From the human T2T-CHM13v2.0 reference genome, Homo sapiens, in assembly GCF_009914755.1 (NCBI RefSeq), contig NC_060935.1: a DNA stretch of 64,000 nucleotides. One strand, written 5' to 3'. Made by a program: the position numbers and the translations under genes. Positions 1-12,501 of this stretch are shown piece by piece (position 1 is the first letter of the stretch; each line of letters begins with the position of its first letter). The notes under the pieces are model-generated. The model worked only from the letters and a program-made list of their open reading frames with translations. It searched no databases and had not been told where the DNA came from.

Positions 1-2069
1 GAATGATGAGCTCCTGTGTGGTAGGCTGAAGTATGTGATGGAAGAAGCAAATGTATAACTACAATTCTAGATTAAGTCATCCTTAACAAAAAGGAGGGAT
101 TGGTGTAATATCTCAAAAACACTTAAGGCTTTCTTTCCTTTCCAATTTTGCTTTAAATTGAATTGTTGCCTACTTTAAGTTTTTGGTGAAACAGATGCAC
201 AGAGACACACAAATGGTTACATTTTAGAGAGGATATAGAAAATGGTTATTTTGAAATAGTTAACTTTGGACCTAATTGGGATCAGGTTTGAGAGAAATAT
301 TTACAAGAGAGGTTTGTGAAGAGAAAAAAATACAGTCAACTTCTAAGTGTAGAAGACCTGAGCAAACTTGAATTGTCCCCACATCTCTCAAAGGGAGAAA
401 TGCTTGATATCCATGGAGAGTTTGAGAAGTCCATTCAAATCTATACACTGTGACTAATATGGCCTATTAGGCAGGAGCACAGATAGATATTTCAGTTGTA
501 GGAAAGACACATTCTCATGTAGAGTGAAAAGACTCACAGGAGAACTGTATATTATTTAAAAAGTTATATGTTCATCTAGAAACTGAACATGATACAATTT
601 GCAAAAAAAGATGAAGAAATACATCATAGGCATACCTAAAATGAAATGCAAATATTCAGTTGTAAAACCCCTAAGAGTCATATTTAAGGAATCTGTGGTC
701 ATGGTTGACCAAAGGAGACAGGGAAGGGTGTGGACTGTCACTGGAACTGAGTCTCAGGCAGAATCAGGACTTGAGGACCTGACCTGGTTGCAGCTGCTAA
801 CTGCAGAGGTTCCAGCTGGGGACAAAGTGACATGTCCAAAGGGAGCACAATAACTAAAGTTTATAGTCTAGGCAACTAGTAAACACTGGCATGAAGAGAT
901 TACAGGGAGTCTAAGGAAAATTAATGAGGCATTAAATTGAGAGTGGGCCTCAGAGATGGTCAATTTAAGGTTAGGTGTTACTAGAAAGGCAGTTGTATCA
1001 TAGAAAGCTATTCAGGGCCCCTGTCACAAGACTAGGCCTCATAGACAGACTCTAGTATGTCAGAGAGGACAAGCAAGAGCAACACAGAGCTCCAATTTTA
1101 GTACATATCTGGGAGAACCATGCAAGATTTAAATATAAGGACACTACTCTAGAATACAAGGCTGAATTCAGTTAGGAAGCTGTGGTTGAATGGTGGAGAT
1201 ATAATCACTTCCAAGATCAATGGGAGTCCACTTCTTCCATACTCAGGCACTCTTTGAACTAAATTTCTGTAGGTATGCTGGCTATTAATGGATGATTGCA
1301 GGAAGTCCTAACAATCAGCTAGTTCCAGTGGAATGGTTCATCTAATGGTTATCAAGTCACCAACTCAGTAATATAAGCAGATATAATCTGATTCTCACTA
1401 TACCACTGACTCTTTCATCTTTTCCGTTGGTCCTTGGAATGTCTGGAGACTAATTTAGTTTGCTTCTGTTTTCATTATTCTTGCCAGTAGTGAATCACTT
1501 TGCTCCATCAGCAGCAGATTCTCTTTTAAAAGCAAATCAATGTATCTAATGGGTTTTCAGAATGGGTACTTATGATCAATGTGCATTATTTATCACAGAA
1601 TTGCCTGTGTGCATATTTTTTTTCTTTAAACACTTTTAAGAAGGCAACACTCTAGGTATGCATATGGATAATATGCATAATAATCAGAAAATCAATAATT
1701 TATAAATAAAATACTAAATTAGCCTTGAAATTAAAAGAAACTCTCATCTTTCTCATCACTTGGGATGCTCTCTTATTGTTCTGGATGATTTCTAATAGAT
1801 CAGTGATAAGATAAATGAAGACATCTATATATGCATCTATAGCATTATTTAATGATAGCTAATAATTGCAGCACAAATATAAACACACACACATGGAAAA
1901 GATTATAGAAATAAAAAATAAGTTAGAAACCATGTCAAAGCAAGCCAGAGTTAATGACACCGTGCAATAAATTTGTGCATGAGCTTCCTGGCTGTCAAGT
2001 CAAAAAAGGAGGTTATCTTTCTCTGATAAAAGCATGCAGGCAAACTTTTCCTGGCACTGAAATCAAGGT

Positions 2070-2320
2070 TGTATAGTGTGGTAGTTAAAACTGTGAGCTT
2101 AGAACTCAGTAGAAGTGGCTTTGAGTTCTAGCTCCCCCACTTATAAGTGTGGATCCTTGGGTTAATGATTTCAACTCTTTGAGTCTCAGTGTGTACACCA
2201 GAAAAATGCAAACAGCAATACCTCAGCCTAAAGGTAGCTGAGAAGTTTAAATTAGAAAACACATTTAAAGTACCTAAGGCAGTGCGTGCTACATAGTACC
2301 TGCTCAATAACTACTAGTCA
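2070..2320 (+). mobile_element. MIR SINE
   Basis: tagtgtggtagttaaaa...ttgagttctagctcc...cttgggt...tttgagtctcagt...aaagtacctaaggcagtg...catagtacctgctcaataa follows the MIR consensus. Confidence 0.8.
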
Positions 2321-2832
2321 AAACCCCACAATACACAGGGGCCATCCAAACCAGAAAATTCCCCTGCAGGTGAGACACCAATTTAGGGGAACATAGGAAA
2401 AGCCAAAGTATTTATTTAAAACAATAGTGAAAAGTTTATACACACAAAAAGTTTAATTCTTTTCCTCTTTCAATTTTTATAAAGGTAAGATGAATCCAAA
2501 GTGAGTATTCAAGGCTCATAATAATTAATATCTGTTGCTAGCTTTGCTTTGTACTCATTTCAGCACTGTACAGGAATAAAAATATTTGCTTGATCCGAAC
2601 TACTGCTGAAGTGTCATAGTCTGAGAATAACACTTGGGCTTATTCATTACTTCAGAGGGTTAACTGAGAGATGTTTATAGTTAAGAGGCTTAAGTATTTT
2701 TAAATGTGTATCAGCTCCAAGTTAGAAGTTAGAAGCATGCTTAATGTTTGAGAAGCTATAAGACATCTTTTGTCTACTCTGCATAGACTGGAGCCTTGAA
2801 TGGTGTGCTCGTTGTACATGTGGATATAAATA

Positions 2833-3235
2833 CTGTGCTGGGTTGCTTGATGCCAACTCAGCATCTCTACTACCTCCTTCTACAATCTGCTGCAGTTTGG
2901 AGAATCCAAGAGTGACATTTCCAGGCACCTTTTCCCATATGGCTCTGCCAATAGAACCAGTGTACTAGCTAGTGAGTGGCACACCATGTCAGATCTGGAA
3001 GGCACAACAAAGAAGGCTAGTATTCTCCTGGGGCAGTTGCAGCCACGACAGATGGTCACATGTGAGGTTTGAAGCAGCTTTCACCACACTGGTGCCCAAG
3101 CTGAGCGCATCAGTGGTACTGCTTGACCCTCACACTCCAAGCTCTTTCAGCAACTGGCTAAGCCTCTGAATCCCATATGTAAAACCTCTCATTGAATAAG
3201 AGCTTCAGTTTTCCTGACATGATCTTGATTATTTA
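2833..3235 (+). mobile_element. Old ERVL-type LTR remnant (LTR33/LTR16-like)
   Basis: tgtgctggg...acatttccaggcacc...cagatctggaaggca...gtaaaacctctc...gttttcctgac resembles the LTR33 group; strongly diverged. Confidence 0.45.
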
Positions 3236-3249
3236 CACATACTCACACT

Positions 3250-3380
3250 CATTTATTGAGCACCTACTATATAACTTATTGTAATCATTTTACAACAATT
3301 ATTTCATTTAAGCCTTCAACAGCCCTACTAATGCTTCCATTTTACAACTGAGGAAACAGAAACTCAGATAATTACAACCT
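3250..3380 (-). mobile_element. MIR fragment
   Basis: atttattgagcacctactat...ccattttacaactgaggaaacaga (reverse MIR core). Confidence 0.65.
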
Positions 3381-3519
3381 CATTTAACCCCAGCAGCATT
3401 TTCCCATATATTCTGCCTTCATACTATTACTATTGATTATCTATGTTTCTTTCTAAAACAAATTATTTTATGTGTATAATAATGTCCTATTCTCTTTAGC
3501 CCACTCAAGGACACCACTA

Positions 3520-4800
3520 TAGCAATTCCCGTTTCTCTCGTACATTATTTAATATCTCTTCTTTACTGGGTTATTCCTATGGGTACAAAAACATACTTTA
3601 TTTCTTCCATCTTAATCCCACTGTTCTTTCCAGCTGTTACCCAGTTTCTCAGTTTCCTTGAATGTCAAATCAAAATTTTTCTTTGTCTCCAATACCTCTT
3701 CTCTAATTCTCTCTTAAACTCAATTTAACTTCTTGTCAAAGTTATCAATGACTTCCATTTTAAACCCAAAGATCAATTTGCAGCCCTCATCTCACTGACC
3801 TATCAGCAGCATTAGATTCAGTTGATTTCCCCCTCCTTGGCACACTTTTCTTCACCTGTCTCCCAGAGGCTGGCTAGATTATCTCCTGCTTCACAGATTG
3901 CTCCAACTCAGTCTCCTTTGCTGGTCTTGCCTCTTCTCTCAGGCCTATAAAGATTGGAATGTCTTAAGGATTGGTCCTCTTTTGTTTTCTTTCTTTCTGT
4001 ACTCTCACTCCATTGGTAGCCTTATCCAGCCTCATCATCCATAATACGAGGTGTATGTCAGTGTTTAATAAATGTTTATCTCCAGTGCAGACTTCTCTCT
4101 TGAGCTTCAGCTGCTGGCCTCTAGTAGACGTACCAAGCTCAGTCTGTGCAAAATTACACTGCTATCTTCCCTTTCAAGCTTGCTTTTCTCAGCCTTCCTC
4201 ATCTCAGTGGAAGGCAACTTTGTTTTTCCTGCTGTTCCATCAAAAGACATTGGAGTGATCTTGAACTCCACTCTTTTTCTCTCACCCATTATTTAATCTG
4301 TCAGAAAATCTAGTTATAATACCCTCAAAGTATACTAAGGATCGGGTTGTTTTTCAACATGCCTTCTACTACCTTCACTATGATCTTAGCCACCATCCTG
4401 TGTCACTGACTGATACAATGGAGTTTAACTGGTTTCCCTGTTTCCATTTTTTTTCGTGTGGTTGATTCTCATAGTCAGATTAACCTGTTTGACATAAGTC
4501 ATATCATGCCATTTCTCCACACAAGACCTTAGAAGTGTTCTTTATTGTCCCCACAATGGCCTACAAGGCCCTACACGATATGGCCTCTTTTCCTTATTTA
4601 ACTTATTTTCATCTTTTTCCTTTCACTCCACTTTAGCTACGTCAGCCTCCTTGCTGCTAGAAATGCACCTTAGGGTTTTGCGCTGGCTGTTCCTTCTGCA
4701 TATAATGCCATCTCTGGATAACTGCATGGCTCACTTCTTTATCTCCTTCAGGTCTTAGCTTAAATGTCACCTCCTCAATAAGGCCCACTCTGACTACTAT
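3520..4800 (+). mobile_element. LINE-2 (L2a-like) ORF2/3' region, interrupted by the L1 at 4815
   Basis: cttgtcaaagttatcaatgacttcc...ctgacctatcagcagcattagattcagttgat...cagtctcctttgctgg...cttggagtgatcttgaactcc-like segments...taaatgtcacctcctca are typical L2. Confidence 0.8.
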
Positions 4801-4814
4801 ATTTTTATTTCCGT

Positions 4815-5540
4815 GTTGTTATTTTTTTCTATTTTTTATTTCAATAGTTTTTGGGGGAACAGGTGGTTTTTGGTTAAAGGGGTAAGTTCTTTAGTGGTGA
4901 TTTCTGAGATTTTGGTGCACCCATCACCCGAGCAGTGTACACTGTTCCCAATGTGTAGTCTTTTATCCCTCACGCTCCTCCCACCCTCCCCAAGTCCCCA
5001 AAGTCCACTATATTATTCTTTTGCCTTTGCGTCCTCATAGCTTCGCTCCCACTTATAAGTGAGAATATACGATATTTGGTTTCCATTCCTGAATTACTTC
5101 ATTTAGAATAATGGTCTCTAACTCCATCCAGGTTGTTGTAAATGAAATTATTTTATTCCTTTTTATGGCTGAGTAGTTTCTCATAGTATGTATATACCAC
5201 ATTTTCTTTATCCACTTGTTGGTTGATGGGCATTTAGGCTGTTCCATATTTTTGCAATTGCAAATTGCACTGCAAGTGTCTTTTTTCATATAAAGGCTTC
5301 TTTTCCTTTGGGTAGATACTTAGGAGTGGGATTGCTGTATCAAATGGTAGTTCTACTTTTAGTTCTGTAAGGAATCTCCATACTTTTTTTCATAGTGGTT
5401 GTACTAGTTTACATTCCCACTAGCAGTGTAAAAGTGTTCCCTTTTCACTACATCCATGCCAACATCTATTATTATTATTATTTAATTATGGCCATTCTTG
5501 CAGGAGTAAGGTGGTATCTCATTGTGGTTTTAATTTTAAT
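4815..5540 (-). mobile_element. 5'-truncated L1 3' end (L1PB-like)
   Basis: caatagtttttgggggaacaggtgg...gattttggtgcacccatcacccgagcagtgtacact; ORF 5053..5289(-) QPKCPSTNKWIKKMWYIHTM is the L1 ORF2 C-terminus. Confidence 0.9.
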
Positions 5541-5559
5541 ATAAAATGATATATAATTT

Positions 5560-5720
5560 ATTATTTATTCCTTCATTCCCCTTCCCTCCTTCCAAATGTA
5601 AGCTGCATGAGAGTAGGAATTTTTTTTTCCTTGCCGGTTTCATTCACAAGTATCCCAAGCTCTCCTAAAAGAGTACCTCGTGTATAGTGAATCATTAATA
5701 ATTTTTTGTTGGATGAGTGA
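5560..5720 (+). mobile_element. L2 3' tail (continuation of the L2 at 3520-4800)
   Basis: atgtaagctgcatgagagtagg...cattaatattttttgttggatgagtga. Confidence 0.6.
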
Positions 5721-6519
5721 TGGAAGTTAAGTTATTTGCCTAAGGTCAAAGGATGCAACCTCCCGTAGAGCTGACTTCAAAGACTGGGCTCTTTTCTGTA
5801 TGTCAAATTACCTCTCGATGATCTATGTCTTTATAGTGTGTTTCGTGATCTCCTCACTCAATCTTTAAAAGTGATTTTGCTGTTAGGGAGTTTCACATCT
5901 GGTCCATATGGAACTCTTGGTTGCCTCTTCCCAAAGTTACTTAGAATTTTGGATGTCAGAAGGAACTGACTAATTTTTTTTTCTCTTGTTGGAGTATCTA
6001 CCCTGTGTAAGTAAACCAATAACACTCTAATCATGGCCCAAGCAGGCAGAACTGGAGAAGATGACCCCACTCTCATGAAGGTAGACCTGGACAAGACAAT
6101 CCCAATCACTAGCTAAAGGAGAGGTCACTTCTATTTTAATTATTCTCAATTACGTTTTTATCCATGTTGACAAAGTTATTAGGTATAATTTGAGAAAATA
6201 TCAAAATGGATGTGTGTTTCTGGGCACAGATGATTTCTTCTGTGAAGACTCTCCCATGTTAAGTGTGTCTGAGCTTTGTAGTATGATGACATTATGTGGG
6301 GTATATTCGTTTACAGTTTGTTTCCCCCACTAGACCAAAGCAAGTACCTTGAAGGCCAGGACTACTTCTCATCTGCCGTTTAATTTAATTCTCACTTTAT
6401 AACTCTGCAAGGTGTTTGCAAAATAACAGTCAATCCATGATATGTATGAGTGTTATGGAGATGGAAGAGGCAGCTCCCTTATGGGCTAGATAACAGGGAG
6501 AATTCAGACAGAAGTGGCA

Positions 6520-6630
6520 CAGAGCTAATGGTCCAGAGTGTGAACTTTGGACTCAGGAGGGCCTAGTCCCAAGACTGCCTCAGATATTTACCAGCCTGAT
6601 CTTCAGCCTCAGTTTATGCATCTGAATGCT

Positions 6631-6693
<63 letters not shown>

Positions 6694-6760
6694 AAGTGAG
6701 GACTAAATACAAAGTTTTACCATAAACCCTGAGTTATGTGCCTTATAAAATTAATTCATT
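6520..6760 (+). mobile_element. MIR fragment split by a (TA)n tract
   Basis: agagtgtgaactttggactcag...cagcctcagtttatgcatctg [TA repeat] gtgaggactaaat. Confidence 0.55.
6634..6690. repeat. (TA)~28 microsatellite
   Basis: uninterrupted TA dinucleotide run of 57 nt. Confidence 0.98.
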
Positions 6761-6818
6761 ATTCTTATATTTCTACAAGACAAATCTGATTGCCTCTCTC
6801 CCTTGCTAATAGCCCCCC

Positions 6819-7270
6819 TGTGGTGGGTTGGATTGTCCCCACCACCAAAAAAAGTTATCCAACTTCAAATGCCTGATACCTGTGAATGTGACATTATTTG
6901 AAAATAGGGTCCTTGCAGAGTAATTAAGGATCTTGAGATTAAATCATCCTGGATTTAGGGTGGTCTCTAAATCCAATGTCCAGTGTCCTTATAAGAAGAC
7001 AGAGAAGGGAGATAAGGCTCAGAGACACAGATCACATGAAGGTGAACAGCAATTGGAATGATGCTGCCAGAGGTCAAGGAACACTGGGAGCCACCAGAAG
7101 CTGGAAAAAGCAAGGAAGGAATCTCCCCTGGAGACTTCAGAGGGAACATGGCCTTGCCAACTATTGGATTTTTGACTTCTGGCCTCCAGAACTGTGAGAG
7201 AATAAATTTCTATTGTTTTAAGCCATCAAGTTTGTGGTGATTTGTTATGGCAGACCTAGAAAACTAATAC
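6819..7270 (+). mobile_element. MaLR solo LTR (MLT1C/D-like)
   Basis: tgtggtgggttg...acctgtgaatgtgacattatttgaaaatagggtc...ggcctccagaactgtgagagaataaatttctattgttttaagcc...aaactaatac. Confidence 0.9.
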
Positions 7271-7521
7271 CTCTCCCCATAACCACCACAGAATCAATTC
7301 TAACTCCTTAACTCAGCATACAAAGCACTGTTTAGCTCATCTTATCCGTGCCTGTATCTCCAGCCTCTTCTTTTACCGCATTCATTTTTCTATTAACTCT
7401 TAATCTTTGTCTCCCCCTACACTGATCCTTCTGCTTGGAATGCCATTCCCACCCTTCATTGCATTGATAACTCTTGGTCCTTCTTAGAAACCCAACTCAA
7501 GTGTCATTTCCTCTAGATCCA

Positions 7522-7800
7522 CCCTGTCTATATGGTAGCCACTAGTCACATGTGACTGTTGAGTACTTGAAATGTGGCTTGTACATGAAGGAGCTGATTT
7601 TAAAATTGCATTCACTTTTAGTTTAAATTTAAAAGCTGAAGCACTATTAATTTTTAAAAATCTTTTCATGTAGAAATGATACTATGTTAGATATTAATTT
7701 AAAAAATAATATTGAAATTAATTTCGTTTGTTTCTTTTTCTCTTTCTTAACAAGGCTAGTAGAATATTTATAATTCCATATGTGGCTGATACCTATAGGT
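7522..7800. mobile_element. hAT-Charlie MITE (MER33/MER3-like)
   Basis: atatggtagccactagtcacatgtgactgttgagtacttgaaatgtggct...ggctagtagaatatttataattccatatgtggct. Confidence 0.7.
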
Positions 7801-7908
7801 TTGCATTGAGCTTATTGAGCCTATTCTCTGTTACTAAGCACCAGCACACATATACCTCATTATATGGAAATAGTACTTTATGTATCAGCCTCCTCCATTA
7901 GGAAAGTG

Positions 7909-8222
7909 TTTTTTTTTTTTTTTTTTTTTTTTTGAGATGGAGTCTCACTCTATTGCCCAGGCTGGAGTGCAGTGGTGCAATTTTGGCTCACGCTCACTGC
8001 ACCCTCTGCCTCCTGGGTTCAAGCAATTCTCTGTGCCTCAGCCTTCCGAGTAGCTGGGATTACAGGCACCCACCACCACGTCTCGCTAATTTTTATATTT
8101 TTAGTAGAGACGGAGTTTCTCCATGTTGGCCAGGCTGGTCTCGAACTCCTGACCTCAGGTGATCTGCCGGCCTCGGCCTCCCAAAGTGCTGGGATTACAG
8201 GAGTGAGCCACCTCACCTGGCT
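7909..8222 (-). mobile_element. Alu (AluS-type)
   Basis: poly-T followed by gagatggagtctcactc...ctcccaaagtgctgggattacagg...cctggct. Confidence 0.97.
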
Positions 8223-8999
8223 AGGAAGTTTTAGATGGTGGGAATGTAACTCATTTTCTTTTTGTACCCCTGTGCCTAGCTCAGTACTTGGTATAGAGGA
8301 AGTGCTCAGTAAAGCTTGGCAGAAAATAGCTTTAGATGAGCTGCCCATTCTTGGAACCCCTGTAGCATGCCTTTAGTAAATCAGCCATCCCCTGAATCAT
8401 AGTTGTTGGTTTGGTGGTCTGCCTGATGAGACTGGGCCACAGGAGTACAGAGAGCATGTCTTCTCTGCCTTTGCATCCTTGTTGTCTGGTGCGTAGAACT
8501 GCTGAATACCAATCTGGATGGTATGAGTTTCCATTGGGTGAGTATTGTGACAAAAATATCTTTCCTCTGACTTCAACCTACTCGCTACAGTTTAAGCAGT
8601 CTGTCTTTGAGGCTGGCCTCTGGCGATGAAGAGCAGCTCTTCAATCATGACCATCTCCCCACTGATTCCCTTGAGTTCCCTCTTTCCCTTCTCACCTTCT
8701 TGGTTGCTCCCTTGTGGATTCAGCAGCGGCACACAGTGCTCTGGGATGAGTCCTGCTAGTGCTGATGCACCCTATTGTCTGCCACTTGTGTAAAATCCCT
8801 ATTTCCTGACTCATTTCCAGTCTCGGATTGATTAGGTGGCAAGAGTAGAGTCTGTGTGGCGATAAAGAAGCTTTTGTGGGTGAGTTGGTCCAAACCAGCC
8901 ATCCAGCCTTTAGTTTCACATGCCTCCTGCTTGGATGTTATGACTTAAACATAAAGATTCTCTTGATCTATCAGCTCAACCAACACTTGAGAGTAAAGA

Positions 9000-9220
9000 C
9001 TTTCATTCATTCAGTAAACATTTATGAATGAGGCAATGGGTTGTGAAAGCTGCTAGGCACTAGGGTTGAGATGGGAGGCACAGGGTGAATGAGTCATATT
9101 TGCTGACCTCAGTTCGTCTGAATTCTAGGGGAGGTGATAGGTCTGCAGTCAGTGCAATGGGTGCTGTGATAGAGGGAAACACAGAGGGTCAGAGAGGCCC
9201 ACAGGCAGGGCAGCTCATCC
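9000..9220 (-). mobile_element. L2 3' end fragment
   Basis: ttcattcattcagtaaacatttatgaatg...tgctaggcactaggg...ttctaggggagg. Confidence 0.55.
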
Positions 9221-9229
9221 ATTCTCCAC

Positions 9230-9450
9230 TAAGCATCAGAATCAGAGAGACCTGAGTTTGAAATCTGATTCTGTCCCTTACTAATGGTGTGATCTTTTAA
9301 AAAAAAATTTTGAACTTTAGTTTTCTTATCCGCAGTAACAGGAGATGTTATCTTTATCTGTAAGATTGTATTGAGGATTATGTGGAATGATTTGCACAGT
9401 ATGTTTATAATCATGACCACTTCCAGTATTCAACAAATGGCTATTATTAT
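9230..9450 (+). mobile_element. MIR
   Basis: gaatcagagagacctgagtttgaaatctgattctg...gtattgaggattatgtggaatgat...caacaaatggctattatt. Confidence 0.75.
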
Positions 9451-9999
9451 TATTTCCTTATATTTGTCATGCCTGTGATGTCTGGCTTCTGAGACAATGG
9501 CCCTCTCTTTCCTTCTTGGCATATATTAACAACTATGGGTTTTGCAATCAAAAGAACAGTGTCCAAGACCCAATGATACCCAGGACACCAAACCCTTTTT
9601 GCAGCCACATTGGTTGACTTGCTTTTCCCAGTATGTTCGATAAAATCATACCAAGAACTGTATCTCACACATTCCTTTGCTTGGAATTCCCGTCCCTGTC
9701 TTCTCCATCTACTGTATTAAAATCTTATGTGGCCATGAGGCTGTCTCAGGAAGCCTGTCCCTCCCACCACTGTCCACAGCAGCTTGTCCCTTCCGGGAGT
9801 TTCTGCAGCAGTCCTGGTGCTTCAGGGGGTGCCCCCTTGTGGCAGCCTCCTTATCACAACTTCTCATTTTCCTCCAATCCTGTGAAGGAATTTTGCTTTA
9901 TACATATTCTGTATTCTTACCACCATTTTCAATGAATAGATCATTAATAAACAGTTGTTCCTTAAGGGAGAATCTAACACACATTCTGCAATGTTTTAC

Positions 10000-10490
10000 C
10001 CTGTGTCTGTTGGGAATAATTTTGGCTGCAAGTAAAAGAAAAAGTGACTTAACCCAAACGGTTAAAAAACTAAACCCCCCACCCCCTCAAAATGGTTAAA
10101 AAACCAAAGGGTTCTTGTTTAAACAAGAAGAAGCCTGGAGGGAGGCAGTGTTAGTGTTCATTTCTTAGCTCTGTGATGTTAAGGTGTTTCGTTGGGTTGG
10201 CATCTCTATAATTCTCCTGGCTTGTCATATTTCTCATGCTTACCAGATTTCTTCTGCAGCCCCAAAACCCTCTTCTTTATGCAATTATGTCCAGAGGATA
10301 AGGTAGGAAAATATAGAAAAGAGAGAGAGAGAAAGAGAAAGAGACAGAGGTCTTACTGAGGGTCATTTTCCTCTCTTTATCAGGGAGGGAAAAGCTATCT
10401 CAGAAATCTCCTTATGTCTATTGGCAGGCACTGAGCTCCATGGAACCCTTAACTGTAAGGAAGGTTGAAAATGCAAGTAAGTGCCTGCCT
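10000..10490 (-). mobile_element. Old MaLR LTR (MLT1J/K/L-like)
   Basis: tgtgtctgttgggaataatttggctgcaagtaaaagaaaa...cttatgtctattggcagg...aactgtaaggaaggttgaaaatgcaagta. Confidence 0.6.
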
Positions 10491-10726
10491 TTTAAAATTT
10501 CTACAGTAAGAGAAGGTCCAGGGTCAAGGGTGCTGGCAATGGGTGTTAGGGGCTAAGCGAGAGTTCTTCCATGTGTCCTCAGTATAGAGTTGACATAAAT
10601 TAGGATCATAGACATCATTACACATTGAGGGAGAGCTTATAGAAAGAAACACCAGGCAGTGGAAACTAGCAAGCTTCTGGGAGTAGAATATGGAGGCCAA
10701 CTGCATCCGTTCAGAGGAAGGCTTAG

Positions 10727-11024
<298 letters not shown>

Positions 11025-11264
11025 GACTTCGACATTTTAAGACTACGTGAGAATGGATGCCACTCGGATAACCCAAGTTAGGGAATGCACGGTTTGGGGA
11101 GAGGGAATGGTTCTGGGAGAATGATGAAGAGATAGGTTTGGTATGAGTTTTGGAGCTTGGATCAAAGCAAGATGTAGGAGCAAGAGTAGTTGCTGCTGGA
11201 GTAGAGGTGGGTTGGTGAAGCAGATTGGGGGATATTGGATGAAATGTTCCCTTGAGTATTACCT

Positions 11265-11710
11265 TTGGTTTGTTTTCATAAAAGCTAACCCAGAGACAAG
11301 GATTTGGGTGTAAATACTTTCTTTGGGAGATGTTTGGGAGCCTGTGGCAGAAGTGAAGAAAGGCAATAAGGAAGGGAAAAAGCTAATAAAGGATGAATTA
11401 ATGAACATATCACCACCATGGGCAGTTGAAACTTTATCACACTGTGGATCCCTGAAAAATTATTGTAAAATATACTCCAGAATTGTCCTTCCAATGAGAT
11501 GAAGAAATTGAAATATCTATGTACCATTTTCCATCTTTCATTGGTGGGGTCAATTCTGTCAGCATTACCTCCCTGAAACTTTTGACCTATATTACCATGT
11601 GGGGTTGAGCATGGCTCCACAACCAGAAGATGATATAGGGTGCCATTGGAAAGTATGCGAATTGTGTGCAATTGAAAGGGGCTGAGATGCCATTGGGAGG
11701 GCACCCACCA
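11265..11710 (-). mobile_element. ERVL LTR remnant (LTR16/LTR33-like)
   Basis: cccagagacaaggatttgggtgtaaatactttctttgggag...gctaataaagg...caccaccatgggcag is the reverse of an LTR16-group 3' end. Confidence 0.55.
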
Positions 11711-12039
11711 TTTCTGATACTGGTAGCATCTCTTGGTGATCTAAAAGGGAATAAGAAAGGAGGTACAACAGCTCATCTACTGCAGGCACAGAGAAGATAG
11801 TTCAGCACCCACCATGAGGATGGAAGGCAGTATAACCAGCTACTATCTTTTCAGTGACACTCTGAATAAATGGTTCTCTATGCAGACACCTATAGGCACA
11901 TCTTGAATAGCTATGTGTACTTGGAATGAAATAAGAGCTGCAAAATTCTCCTTGAAGTTTAAGTATCTATAAGTTTCCCTTAGGAACAATGCTAGATACT
12001 TTTACAGTCCCCTCTTAGTAAAATCAGTCAGCCTAGAGT

Positions 12040-12340
12040 CCTGCTCAAGACATGATTTCCAAGACCAGGGGTGGGTGAGAACACATAGTTGGGCCAGCCA
12101 CCTGTGGTATGAGCTGGTGTGAAAAAACAAGAGGGGAGATCAGATAACTCTCCTGAGAATTTAAGTTTGAAACTTGGAAAATCTGTTAGTTTAAGTCAGT
12201 TTCTGCCATCATTGAAGCTGAAGTGGAAAAAGAGTCCTAATAATCCATATATATTTATCTTCCAATAAATAAACACCCTCCATTTTTAAGTTAACTTGAG
12301 AGGGTCTCTGATGCTTGTTAACTAAAAGAACCTAAAAGGA
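12040..12340 (+). mobile_element. MaLR LTR 3' fragment (MLT1-like)
   Basis: aataaacaccctccatttttaagttaacttgagagggtctctg...ttaactaaaagaacctaa. Confidence 0.4.
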
Positions 12341-12419
12341 AACATGAATGTGGATTCATTTCCATTTAGATAGTTGATCATGGGGATATATTGATTTCTT
12401 TACCTTGAGATATTCCCTT

Positions 12420-12449
12420 TCTCTCTCTCTCACACACACACAGACACAG

Positions 12450-12481
<32 letters not shown>

Positions 12482-12501
12482 ACAGACACCCCCCCCCCCC
12501 C
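12420..12501. repeat. (CT)n(CA)n compound microsatellite with C-run
   Basis: ctctctctctcacacacaca...cacagacacccccccccccc. Confidence 0.95.

Noticed and set aside
1860-2010. Possible ancient repeat fragment (agcttcctggc..caag..aaaaagg)
   Set aside because: Looks like an old interspersed repeat but I cannot assign the family with confidence.
7932-8376. ORFs of 76-134 aa here and at the other Alus (10659, 50856, 58069-58420, 60059)
   Set aside because: Typical Alu translations.
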